From an uncultured virus (IMG/VR IMGVR_UViG_3300042317_001798) (taxonomy: Duplodnaviria; Heunggongvirae; Uroviricota; Caudoviricetes), in the IMG/VR virus record IMGVR_UViG_3300042317_001798, positions 1 through 64,000 of that record: a stretch of DNA of 64,000 bases. One strand, given 5' to 3'. A program made the translations under genes and the position numbers. A model generated the notes under the pieces. That model was not told the DNA's origin. It worked only from the letters and a program-made list of their open reading frames with translations, and made no database searches. How positions within the stretch are numbered: position 1 is the first letter of the stretch; each line of letters starts with the position of its first letter. This document shows positions 37,066 to 45,271 of this stretch, piece after piece.

Positions 37066-37791
37066 TTAATTTTTAATGAAAACCGTTTGTCCGTATCCGT
37101 TGGCCAGGTGGTATGTGTGCCCGTCGCTGTTTTTAAGAATTTCATGCATGCTTGAATATGGGTGAATATGAAAGTCTTCCCTGTAAAGCTTCGTATTGTG
37201 ATTGGACATGCCAATCAGTAGAACACCACCAGGATTCAGTGATTCAACCAAATCTTTAACAAGTTTGTCATTGCCCACAAGAGACCAACCCCAGCAAATG
37301 GCCATGTCAAATGTGTTTTCAGATATTTCATTTGGCTCGACGACGCAGTATTCGTTAAGCTCATTGATGCCCGGGCCAGGTAATTCTAGTTCCCCGGCAA
37401 TATGCTCCAAAAAGAACAATGAGTGATTATTCACAAAACACAAGTCTGTGTCTGGAAATTTTGCTTTATACATACTCCAAAGTAGTATTTCTGCATCGAC
37501 GAATAACAAGGAATTTGGCTTCTTTGTCATTAGAACTTGTTCTTGAGCGATGTATTCAGCTTCGATTATCGCTGCCCATTCTGGTTCCATTCCCTTAATG
37601 AGTTCATAAATCCAGTATGTGTTCAGTCCTGCTACAGCAACATTTCTCTTGTCAAGATTGATTGATGAAAGCCAGCTTGATACCGCGCTTCCTGCATCGC
37701 TCATCAACTGAGCAAAATCAATATTGTTGCTAAATTGGGTCTTTGATGACTGCTGCGTCACCAGAGCGCTCCTAATTGCAAAATTATCCAT
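37066..37791 (-). CDS. Class I SAM-methyltransferase-like protein (divergent)
   Basis: FDMAIC...LVESLNPGGVLLI; the GxGxG motif is not clear. Confidence 0.5.
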   Translation of the reverse strand: MDNFAIRSALVTQQSSKTQFSNNIDFAQLMSDAGSAVSSWLSSINLDKRNVAVAGLNTYWIYELIKGMEPEWAAIIEAEYIAQEQVLMTKKPNSLLFVDAEILLWSMYKAKFPDTDLCFVNNHSLFFLEHIAGELELPGPGINELNEYCVVEPNEISENTFDMAICWGWSLVGNDKLVKDLVESLNPGGVLLIGMSNHNTKLYREDFHIHPYSSMHEILKNSDGHTYHLANGYGQTVFIKN

Positions 37792-38092
37792 TTTGGATTA
37801 CCGCCAATACAACTTGTCTCTGGAACCAGAGATGCCTTGCCCTATTTGTTAGTAGAAAATTTCTTTTACGCGTTAAGTCGTAGTATGGTTTTCCCTGTTG
37901 GTTAAATGTCGAACTGCTCATGTGAAATGACTGTCTCAGACTAAAAAAAATGTCGTCGAACTCGACTTCGGATATTTGATTGAACTCCATACCGGCTATG
38001 TACATTATCTTTGCGAGTTCGCGCTCTATTTCCTGCAAGTGCGAAGCAGCATCGAAGAGAGGCTCTTCACCGTGTTGTCTAGTCTGTTTCAT
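37784..38092 (-). CDS. Hypothetical protein
   Basis: 102-aa ORF overlapping both neighbours. Confidence 0.65.
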   Translation of the reverse strand: MKQTRQHGEEPLFDAASHLQEIERELAKIMYIAGMEFNQISEVEFDDIFFSLRQSFHMSSSTFNQQGKPYYDLTRKRNFLLTNRARHLWFQRQVVLAVIQNG

Positions 38093-38387
38093 CTGTAAAT
38101 TCCTCGGTCCAGTCGTCGTTTATATCAATCGGGTCTTGTCCAAATTGGGACATTGGGTCATTCCCCTGTAGGCGCTCACAAAATAATGCAGCGCCGTCCG
38201 GAAGAACGAAAGAAAAAGTTTTTGGGTTCCAGTGCAAAACATTTTCTGTTCTATCTGGATTGTCCATTGGGTTGGTTATGTCTGGTTCTGATTTTGACTG
38301 CTCAGGACAGATGTTGTATTGCCCTGTAGCGATGGCAGCGTCCACCAGCGGAACATTCCTTTTGATTGGCGGTAAATTCAGCTCCAC
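38079..38387 (-). CDS. Hypothetical acidic protein
   Basis: 102-aa ORF packed within the operon. Confidence 0.6.
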   Translation of the reverse strand: MELNLPPIKRNVPLVDAAIATGQYNICPEQSKSEPDITNPMDNPDRTENVLHWNPKTFSFVLPDGAALFCERLQGNDPMSQFGQDPIDINDDWTEEFTDETD

Positions 38388-38397
38388 AATGAAACCA

Positions 38398-38613
38398 CTA
38401 CGAGAGTCGCTGCAGAGACTCTATTTGTCTAATCAGATTGTTGAAAGACTTGTATCTTGTTGCGTCTGATTCTGGAGTCTCTGGGTTTTCAAAATTCTCA
38501 TCAAGTGTTTCTGGATTGACGCCAAGAGAAAGGGCAAGTACGTATATCGAGTATTCAAGATATTGCTTTGCTTCTTGTCGTGCTTGTTGTTTTTGTTCAT
38601 CCGAAAGCGCCAT
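38398..38613 (-). CDS. Small helical protein (GxDP-type paralogue)
   Basis: LSDEQK...LGVNPET; AGGAG SD. Confidence 0.7.
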   Translation of the reverse strand: MALSDEQKQQARQEAKQYLEYSIYVLALSLGVNPETLDENFENPETPESDATRYKSFNNLIRQIESLQRLS

Positions 38614-38625
38614 GTTGATTTTCTC

Positions 38626-38871
38626 CTATTTAAGTGTGTCCATTGTCAGATTCGATGCTTGTCTAAAGTGGCCGACTTGGCGCAATAACTTTTCTTTGCG
38701 AGTTGGTCTATCAGAATCACGAACATTAAGGTTTTCCATAACTTCATCTTCGGATATCTCAAGAGGGTCTATGGCGCTCAGAAGCAATGTATGAATCTGG
38801 GCGTTAATCAGCTGCTGATGCAGTCTAAACCCAGCAGCAATCTTTGCCTGTTTGCTAATCCCAAATTGCAT
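38626..38871 (-). CDS. Small helical protein (GxDP-type paralogue)
   Basis: ISKQAK...LSAIDPLE. Confidence 0.65.
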   Translation of the reverse strand: MQFGISKQAKIAAGFRLHQQLINAQIHTLLLSAIDPLEISEDEVMENLNVRDSDRPTRKEKLLRQVGHFRQASNLTMDTLK

Positions 38872-38877
38872 TTTTGC

Positions 38878-39102
38878 CTACGAGTTAAGTTCATTCAGCT
38901 TGCGCTTAATCAGTTTTACTGCATTTATTGACTCATTGAGGATTGGGACCTCGAAATTGTGCTCAGCCTCAAGAATAAATGTGTCTGGGTCTATTCCGTG
39001 CCCAATCAGTCTTTCAAACAACACCTTTTCGGCGTCCCTAAGGCTGCGCTCAAATATCCCGCGCTTCTCGTTATTTGTCAATTGAGACGAAAATTCCATC
39101 AC
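38878..39102 (-). CDS. Small helical protein (GxDP-type paralogue)
   Basis: LTNNEK...HGIDPDT; GGAG SD. Confidence 0.7.
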   Translation of the reverse strand: MMEFSSQLTNNEKRGIFERSLRDAEKVLFERLIGHGIDPDTFILEAEHNFEVPILNESINAVKLIKRKLNELNS

Positions 39103-39142
39103 CTATCTCCGATTGTGTTGTTTGCTTTGAATCATACCACCA

Positions 39143-39850
39143 TTATACTATGGGCTCCGAAAGTGCTGGCAGCCCAGCAAATGTTGGGCCTATTTGATTT
39201 CCGTCCGCGTCAAGACCTGTCTTAATGCCCTTTGTCCAAGTCCATGGGCGTTCGATATTGTTCTGCGACTTGAGTTGACCATATTTTGACCTTGCCTCCA
39301 CCAGCTCCTTATCGTCCCATAGTGTCACTACCTCGAATTCTGCGTCTTTAATGATTTGAGGCGAGTAGATGTTAAAAAAACACAAAGGCGAACCGGCTGG
39401 GAAAACTACTTCCTGATTTTCTTTTGTTATCTTCCAGTTCATTTGAACTTCGTCAGGCCACCACCACGAAGGAATCGTTGCTGACAGCCCGACAGCGCCG
39501 TCTATAAAGTAATTTGGAGAGCCCGAAATCCAAGTCTCATACCCTGGCTCGGTGTTTATAATCCATCCCATGTGTAGGGAAATGGTTCCTATTATTGATG
39601 ATGTGGCTTGCTTTCTGCCGCTTTTAGTAAATTCGCCTGCAAGTATTTCGGGGGGAGTGTTTCCGCCGGACCATTTAATTACAAGGTCCTCCTCCATCTG
39701 CACTTCCCATCCCATTACATTCGCCACGGAGACTGGCATGCATTGATAAGCGTGTTTTTTATGTGTCTCGTCCATCCAGTCTCTCTTTAATCTTGACTGA
39801 ACTATCCGAGGTGGATTTGGGTCTGTTCTTTTTAAAACTATCTTGCTCAT
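39143..39850 (-). CDS. DUF6065-like protein
   Basis: RDWMD...HAYQCMPVSVANVMGW...GSPN...MNWKIT. Confidence 0.7.
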   Translation of the reverse strand: MSKIVLKRTDPNPPRIVQSRLKRDWMDETHKKHAYQCMPVSVANVMGWEVQMEEDLVIKWSGGNTPPEILAGEFTKSGRKQATSSIIGTISLHMGWIINTEPGYETWISGSPNYFIDGAVGLSATIPSWWWPDEVQMNWKITKENQEVVFPAGSPLCFFNIYSPQIIKDAEFEVVTLWDDKELVEARSKYGQLKSQNNIERPWTWTKGIKTGLDADGNQIGPTFAGLPALSEPIV

Positions 39851-40566
39851 TTCTTTACCGACATATCAATACTTGTTCCAGACGAAACCCCAGCCCCATA
39901 TGTTGCCTTTGAGCCGTCAATATTCTCCCCGTAGCCATGTTTGTGAGTTCTGTCGTTGTAGTCAAACATGGTCACTGCCGCATACTTTGTTCCAGAAACA
40001 ACAGGTCGCGACGCGTGGGCATACGTAAACGTAGATGGGAACATTACGTTGTCCCCAGCGGCAAACTTCACGTTTAGGTCAAGATATGGGAACCAAAGCT
40101 CACCCCCCTCGTAGTCGTCATTTATGTATATGACTGACGAAACTGTACAGTTATAAGAAAATCCATGGTCTGTGTGAACGTTGAAGTGCTGACCAGGCTT
40201 ATATCGCACATAATTTATGGCTTCACGATAATCCATTTTGATGTTAAATCTTTGCTGATAGTCGTTAAGACATGCCGTTAATATTTCAACGGTATCTTCG
40301 TATACTGAGCGAAGTCCGGAAAATTCTTGTGGCAAGTTTGCTATATGGGCATCTCCCAATTTACAATCAACGCAGTCTCTGTATTCTGGCATTTTTTGTT
40401 GGTCGCCAACGAGTGCATCCATCCACATATACGGCGCGGTTTCACTGGACCCAATCGCCTCTTCAATTCTCTCCGGTATGTTCAATTCCCGTGGGAGCGC
40501 ATTGCGATAGACGATTATTGCCAATCTCGGGTCTCCAATAAACTCAACCTCGATATTTCTTACCAT
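39847..40566 (-). CDS. 2OG-Fe(II) oxygenase (prolyl 4-hydroxylase-like)
   Basis: YKPGQHFNVHTD...YINDDYEGGEL...HAS...GTKY. Confidence 0.9.
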   Translation of the reverse strand: MVRNIEVEFIGDPRLAIIVYRNALPRELNIPERIEEAIGSSETAPYMWMDALVGDQQKMPEYRDCVDCKLGDAHIANLPQEFSGLRSVYEDTVEILTACLNDYQQRFNIKMDYREAINYVRYKPGQHFNVHTDHGFSYNCTVSSVIYINDDYEGGELWFPYLDLNVKFAAGDNVMFPSTFTYAHASRPVVSGTKYAAVTMFDYNDRTHKHGYGENIDGSKATYGAGVSSGTSIDMSVKK

Positions 40567-41098
40567 ATTGGTTGCTCCTTTTTTGTTTATGTTTCATAGA
40601 AAACCACATTGGGCATGCCCACCTATCCCCTCCGTATACATTATCTACATAATGAGCAAATTCAATACCGCCACCATAAATTACAACCCGGCCTGGGGAT
40701 GGCTTCACGGTATTGCCCGTATCGGCAAAAACAAGTTCCCCCCCATTGAATTCTTGGTTCAAATACAGAACCGCAGACACATCAAAGTCCTCACACCCAA
40801 GCTTTGGTGAGCCATCCAAATTCTGCCTGTCTGCGTGCAGTGTTGGGACATGAAGTCCAGATTTGCTGACAAAAATTCCGGGCATTCTATGCTCAAGTTC
40901 AATGTCATATTTTTTCTCTGCGGCTGCCATGACAACCCATGATGCAAATATCAATGACTCGGCGGCTTCAAAATCTTCTGTCAGTAGTCTGTCAATTCCA
41001 ATACTTTCGCCAATTTTTACTGCCGCCGACAATATTTTGGAAATAGTCGTATCTTCAAAAAGCGAATCTATGATATGTACTTTGTCTACTCTATTCAT
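40544..41098 (-). CDS. 2OG-Fe(II) oxygenase
   Basis: HAD...YLNQEFNGGEL...HYV...GDRW; start moved to ATG 41098. Confidence 0.88.
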   Translation of the reverse strand: MNRVDKVHIIDSLFEDTTISKILSAAVKIGESIGIDRLLTEDFEAAESLIFASWVVMAAAEKKYDIELEHRMPGIFVSKSGLHVPTLHADRQNLDGSPKLGCEDFDVSAVLYLNQEFNGGELVFADTGNTVKPSPGRVVIYGGGIEFAHYVDNVYGGDRWACPMWFSMKHKQKRSNQYGKKYRG

Positions 41099-41726
41099 CC
41101 ACAACAGTATAGAACGATGGGGTCGTATATCTCTCCCCAGATTCAACCATGCTTACCCCGTGTAAGTACCCAACATCACCAGGATGTATCACTGCCAAGC
41201 CGGGTTTTGGTCTAACGGTAATCCCGTGCTGTGGGTAATACAAATCGCCACCCTCAAAGTCGTCATTGTAATAGAACAATGAATTGATGTCGTAATCCGT
41301 GAAGGCGTTTGGTCTTCCGTCATTTAGTTGCTTATCGGCATGGGGGCGCTGCTCTATGCCTGCCCGCCATTTCATTATCACCGGAGGGCGCACTGAAACA
41401 GAAACCTGAAAAAGCTCTTCGATGAGGTTCTTCATTTTGTAGATGTATTTATCAACAATTTCATAAACCTCCGAGTTCAGCTCCTTTAAAATTTCAGAAC
41501 TGCACTGCCTGTCGTTCCAGTATTCTGCGTTATACAAACATGTTCCATCTTCCGCATAAACGCTTTCGGCTGTGTTGTTCCATTTATTTATTGTTGGGCA
41601 AAATTTCTGAACTAAGAGCAAGTCTTCTAGTTCGATAAAATTTTCAATTATGTGGATGTTCTCTGGTCCGCTGCCAAAATGCCCGGGTTTTATCTTCCAG
41701 GGTGAATCGATATCAATCATTTCCAT
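41091..41726 (-). CDS. 2OG-Fe(II) oxygenase
   Basis: HAD...YYNDDFEGGDL...HGV...GERY. Confidence 0.9.
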   Translation of the reverse strand: MEMIDIDSPWKIKPGHFGSGPENIHIIENFIELEDLLLVQKFCPTINKWNNTAESVYAEDGTCLYNAEYWNDRQCSSEILKELNSEVYEIVDKYIYKMKNLIEELFQVSVSVRPPVIMKWRAGIEQRPHADKQLNDGRPNAFTDYDINSLFYYNDDFEGGDLYYPQHGITVRPKPGLAVIHPGDVGYLHGVSMVESGERYTTPSFYTVVDE

Positions 41727-42501
41727 GTGATTTCCTTTGGGACGTTATATGTTCATACAACATAACATCCAATTTGCTTCTTTCAAGTATTTCCTTTTTT
41801 TGTGACGGGCTCGGTTTTATTCCAGCTCGGACCGATGAGTTCATTTTTTCTAAACCCAACCCTACAAATTCAACATTGAATTTATCCTTAAATTGATAAG
41901 TCAAATATTTTTCTACGGCCATTCGCTCGTTCATTTCAAAAATTGTAATGTCTTTAATTCTGTCTATTAGTTCTTTTTCTCCAGTAGGTAAATCGGACTC
42001 GACAAACCATGCACCATTAGGCTGAATACTAACCCCTGGTGATTCATCCCCAACATCTAAGACTGCATTGATTTCAACCATCCTGCACGTAAGCATCTTG
42101 GTTTGCAAATTTCCGTCAGATGAAAACAATTTACATCCAAAAATTGTTTCGTATTTTCCGTCTAAGAACTTGTCAAGAATTTCGTTTGTAAATTCCCTTC
42201 GGGACGACATGGCCCTGTATGCAGCAATGCTGACAAAATGGTCTACCGGCTCCCTTATAACGGAGAACGTCTCCAGGCTGCTGTCGTTGTGTAAAATTGG
42301 ATTGATTGCAAAATGACCACTAATTGTGGGCCATTCGCTCATTGTTATGTGATTATATGAAAATTCAAAAATCCCAGGGGTTTGGTTTTCGTATTTATCA
42401 AGACCCTTTTTGTATCTATCCAGTTCAAACGATTTATGTATTGCGTAAAGTATTCCGGTCCCAGATGTGCGCGGTATATGCAGATGATAAAGATTACCCA
42501 T
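41713..42501 (-). CDS. Sulfotransferase-family (Sulfotransfer_2-like) protein
   Basis: YHLHIPRTSGT (5'-PSB loop), SGHF, REPVDHFVS (3'-PB) and LDVMLY. Confidence 0.75.
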   Translation of the reverse strand: MGNLYHLHIPRTSGTGILYAIHKSFELDRYKKGLDKYENQTPGIFEFSYNHITMSEWPTISGHFAINPILHNDSSLETFSVIREPVDHFVSIAAYRAMSSRREFTNEILDKFLDGKYETIFGCKLFSSDGNLQTKMLTCRMVEINAVLDVGDESPGVSIQPNGAWFVESDLPTGEKELIDRIKDITIFEMNERMAVEKYLTYQFKDKFNVEFVGLGLEKMNSSVRAGIKPSPSQKKEILERSKLDVMLYEHITSQRKSHGND

Positions 42502-43078
42502 TTTGGGCCATCTCTATTAATTTCCTGTGTTTTTCTGGAACCCAGAAGTGGGGAGATGTATATCTAACTCCTTCTATCACTTGCCTTACGCCATGGAGGT
42601 AATAACTGCTGGATGGAAAAAATATCAAAGAACCCTCTTTTGGTTTTAGTTCAAGTCCGTGTTGCGGAAAATATATTTCCCCACCTGTGTAATTCTGATT
42701 TATATAAATTACGGAACCGTAATCAACTATGTATGTTCCGTTTGGCGTGCCGTCTAGGTCTTCGCCATCCGCGTGAAGACCTTGACTCTCCCCAGAGTCC
42801 CATCTTCGTATGCCCGGTCTTGCTGTCTCTAGGATTCTCCCAAATTTAAACTCAATCATTTTCTTTACGTCATCAACGTATGATTGCATTATTTCATAGA
42901 GTTCGGGGTTATCCTTCTGCATTTTTTTGTATGTGGATATCTTGTCATTACCGCCCTTTGACCATGACTCCCACTCATTGATTGAATAGCAATAGCGATA
43001 TGCAAGTTCGACGTGTTCGGGCGTCATAAAATTTTCTACTACAACTATGTTTGATTTGTCGGCAGCTGCAGCTCTCAT
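42494..43078 (-). CDS. 2OG-Fe(II) oxygenase
   Basis: HAD...YINQNYTGGEI...HGV...GVRY. Confidence 0.9.
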   Translation of the reverse strand: MRAAAADKSNIVVVENFMTPEHVELAYRYCYSINEWESWSKGGNDKISTYKKMQKDNPELYEIMQSYVDDVKKMIEFKFGRILETARPGIRRWDSGESQGLHADGEDLDGTPNGTYIVDYGSVIYINQNYTGGEIYFPQHGLELKPKEGSLIFFPSSSYYLHGVRQVIEGVRYTSPHFWVPEKHRKLIEMAQNG

Positions 43079-43088
43079 GGCTACAACC

Positions 43089-44024
43089 TTATCTATTTTG
43101 CAAAAACTCGTCTATATCAGCGCTTATGAGCTGCAACGAAAAATCTATGCCTTTTCTCTGGGTGATATTTGGCCAAGCGGTACCAGTTTTTGAGTACGAG
43201 ATGTGGCCAGGTTCTTCTACGTGTTCAGTTTTTGGCTTGTAGTAACGACGTCCATTTTCATCGTATCTTTCTTCAAGCCATGGAAACATTTCTCCGTCTG
43301 GATTTCTCTCCCCAAGCAAAAATCCATTTGCATAACGCTTGATTCTTGTTCCAGTTCTATCGATAAGGAACTTTTCAAAATTGCCTCGGAGAGGATAAAA
43401 CCCACGTTTTCCTGTATCAACTTTTGCGTAACCATCTGGTGTTAGCTCATTCGAGAAAGACCAAGGTATTTCCTCATAATGGTATGGCACTCCGTTTGGT
43501 TGGAGGTCTGCTTTGTATGCTCCAGTTAAGTACCACCACAGGTCGTGCTGTTCTTGCATTTTAATTTTTCCTGGAACAAAATTCTCATCGTAGGTATGTT
43601 TATCAAATCTTCCATTTGTTAATTCAGAAAATTGATACGTAACACCAAAATTCTCTTTCGCGTACTGTTCAGACAATTGGCCCGGCGTGATATCTAGTTC
43701 ATTTTTATCCAAGTACGCCTGGAGACCTTCTTGAAATTCGGGATATCCGTGGCAAACAAAATCATCAACAACAACCGCAAGAATATCAAAATCATCTTCG
43801 TTTTTGTATTTTTGATTTAATTCTTCGATTACGGAGTGTTGTGGAATATTCCCACATCCAGCCGACACATTAAAAATAAGAGTAACTTTTCCCTTGCGGT
43901 TTTTTAGTATGTCTGATGATTTTCCATCAGCTGACGACAAATTAATGTCATATATGGAAAACGGAAGAACCGTGTCACTCCAATCATTTTCCGCAATTGG
44001 CGCTTCTTGTATTTCGCAGTCCAT
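43089..44024 (-). CDS. Glutathione-peroxidase-fold protein (divergent, with insertions)
   Basis: KGKVTLIFNVSAGCGNIPQH and GNFEKFLIDRTG; ATG overlaps the upstream stop (TGATG). Confidence 0.78.
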   Translation of the reverse strand: MDCEIQEAPIAENDWSDTVLPFSIYDINLSSADGKSSDILKNRKGKVTLIFNVSAGCGNIPQHSVIEELNQKYKNEDDFDILAVVVDDFVCHGYPEFQEGLQAYLDKNELDITPGQLSEQYAKENFGVTYQFSELTNGRFDKHTYDENFVPGKIKMQEQHDLWWYLTGAYKADLQPNGVPYHYEEIPWSFSNELTPDGYAKVDTGKRGFYPLRGNFEKFLIDRTGTRIKRYANGFLLGERNPDGEMFPWLEERYDENGRRYYKPKTEHVEEPGHISYSKTGTAWPNITQRKGIDFSLQLISADIDEFLQNR

Positions 44025-45268
44025 CACTTAAACCCTGGTGGGAAAAACGGCGGGAAGAAAGGTGGGAAAAATGGCGGGAAGAAAGGTGGGAAGAACGGTG
44101 GAAAGAAAGGCGGGAAAAATGGCGGGAAAAATGGAGGAAAGTATGGAGGGAAATATGGAGGGAAATATGGAGGAGCTACCGGGCTTACTGAACCAGACGA
44201 AGCAGAGGTCTGGAATCCGTAGCTATTGGTTGCTCTTACGGTGAATGTATAGGCAGTACCGTTGGTGAGACCTGTAACGGTAATAGGAGAAGTTCCAGAG
44301 GCCTGAACGTTTCCTGGCGATGAAATTGCAGTGAATGTTGTGGAACCAGTTCCCGCAGCTCCTGCAGTAAATGAGACAGTCACTTGAGCGTTTCCTGCAG
44401 CACCAGATACCCCAGTTGGTGCACCCGGCCTGTTTCCTGCCGTCACCGAGTTTGACGCAGCAGAAGTTGCTGAACCATACACAGAAGATGCGGTAACGGT
44501 AAATGTATATGCTTGACCTGCGGTTAAACCCGTAGCCCTAATTGGGCTTGTTCCGGTAAAGGTCAATGCCCCAGGACTCGTTGTTACTGTGTATGTGGGA
44601 GAACCAGTTCCAGTCGCGCCTGGTGTGAATGGAACATCAATCGCCCTATCTACGTTTTGAACAATTACAGCGGTGCCTATTGCTGGGGCAGTTGGTTTGT
44701 TCCCGGCAACTACTGAGTTTGATGCAGCAGAAGTTGCTGCACCGAACAAGTTTGATGCGGTAACAGTAAATGTGTAAGAGGTTCCAGCAGTTAGGCCAGT
44801 CACTCTAATAGGACTGGAGCCAGTTGCGGTAATTCCTTCCGGCGAAGATGTTGCCGTAAACGTTGTCGCTCCAGTACCAGCTGCACCAGCCGTATAAGCA
44901 ACGTCTATAGCTCTATCTGTGTTTGCAACGATTGATGCAGTTCCGATTGTAGGAGCACCTGGGTTTTGGCCGATTGCAACAGATGATGTGGAAACAGAAT
45001 CTGATGGAACGCCATAATTTGTTGTTGCAACAAGAGAGAATGTATAGCTCGTACCAGCAGTAAGACCAGTTACTGTTATTGGCGAACTTGAGGCGGAGGC
45101 GCTAATGCTTCCCGGGTTTGATGTAGCGGTATAGGTTATTGCATCTTTACCTATATACTCAGACGGCGTAAAAGATATTGAAGCCACAGTGCCCACGCCG
45201 GTATTCGTCGCTGTGACGTTAGTTGGCGTAGTTGGCTTTTTCCCACCACTGTCTTTTATTGCTTCCAT
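44024..45268 (-). CDS. Four-FN3-domain fibre-tip protein with (PPxF)12 C-terminal tail
   Basis: Four GLTxGxxYTF FN3 repeats, then PPYF x3, PPFF x8, PPGFK. Confidence 0.85.
   Translation of the reverse strand: MEAIKDSGGKKPTTPTNVTATNTGVGTVASISFTPSEYIGKDAITYTATSNPGSISASASSSPITVTGLTAGTSYTFSLVATTNYGVPSDSVSTSSVAIGQNPGAPTIGTASIVANTDRAIDVAYTAGAAGTGATTFTATSSPEGITATGSSPIRVTGLTAGTSYTFTVTASNLFGAATSAASNSVVAGNKPTAPAIGTAVIVQNVDRAIDVPFTPGATGTGSPTYTVTTSPGALTFTGTSPIRATGLTAGQAYTFTVTASSVYGSATSAASNSVTAGNRPGAPTGVSGAAGNAQVTVSFTAGAAGTGSTTFTAISSPGNVQASGTSPITVTGLTNGTAYTFTVRATNSYGFQTSASSGSVSPVAPPYFPPYFPPYFPPFFPPFFPPFFPPFFPPFFPPFFPPFFPPFFPPGFK
44030..44173 (-). repeat. 12-nt period coding repeat (Pro-Pro-Tyr/Phe/Gly-Phe x12)
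   Basis: Directly visible; synonymous codons vary between units. Confidence 0.95.
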
Positions 45269-45271
45269 GGT

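Noticed and set aside
34123..44024. Selenocysteine in the two GPx-like genes
   Set aside because: Active-site codons read Thr (ACC) and Cys (TGT); neither ORF has an in-frame TGA.
44030..44173. Possible CRISPR array or VNTR
   Set aside because: 12-nt coding periodicity with no unique spacers; no repeat-spacer array or cas operon was seen anywhere in the window.
43997..44244. + strand ORFs with GGKN/WEKRR repeats
   Set aside because: Antisense shadows of the PPxF coding repeat; the - strand frame is continuous with the FN3 domains and coupled to the next gene.
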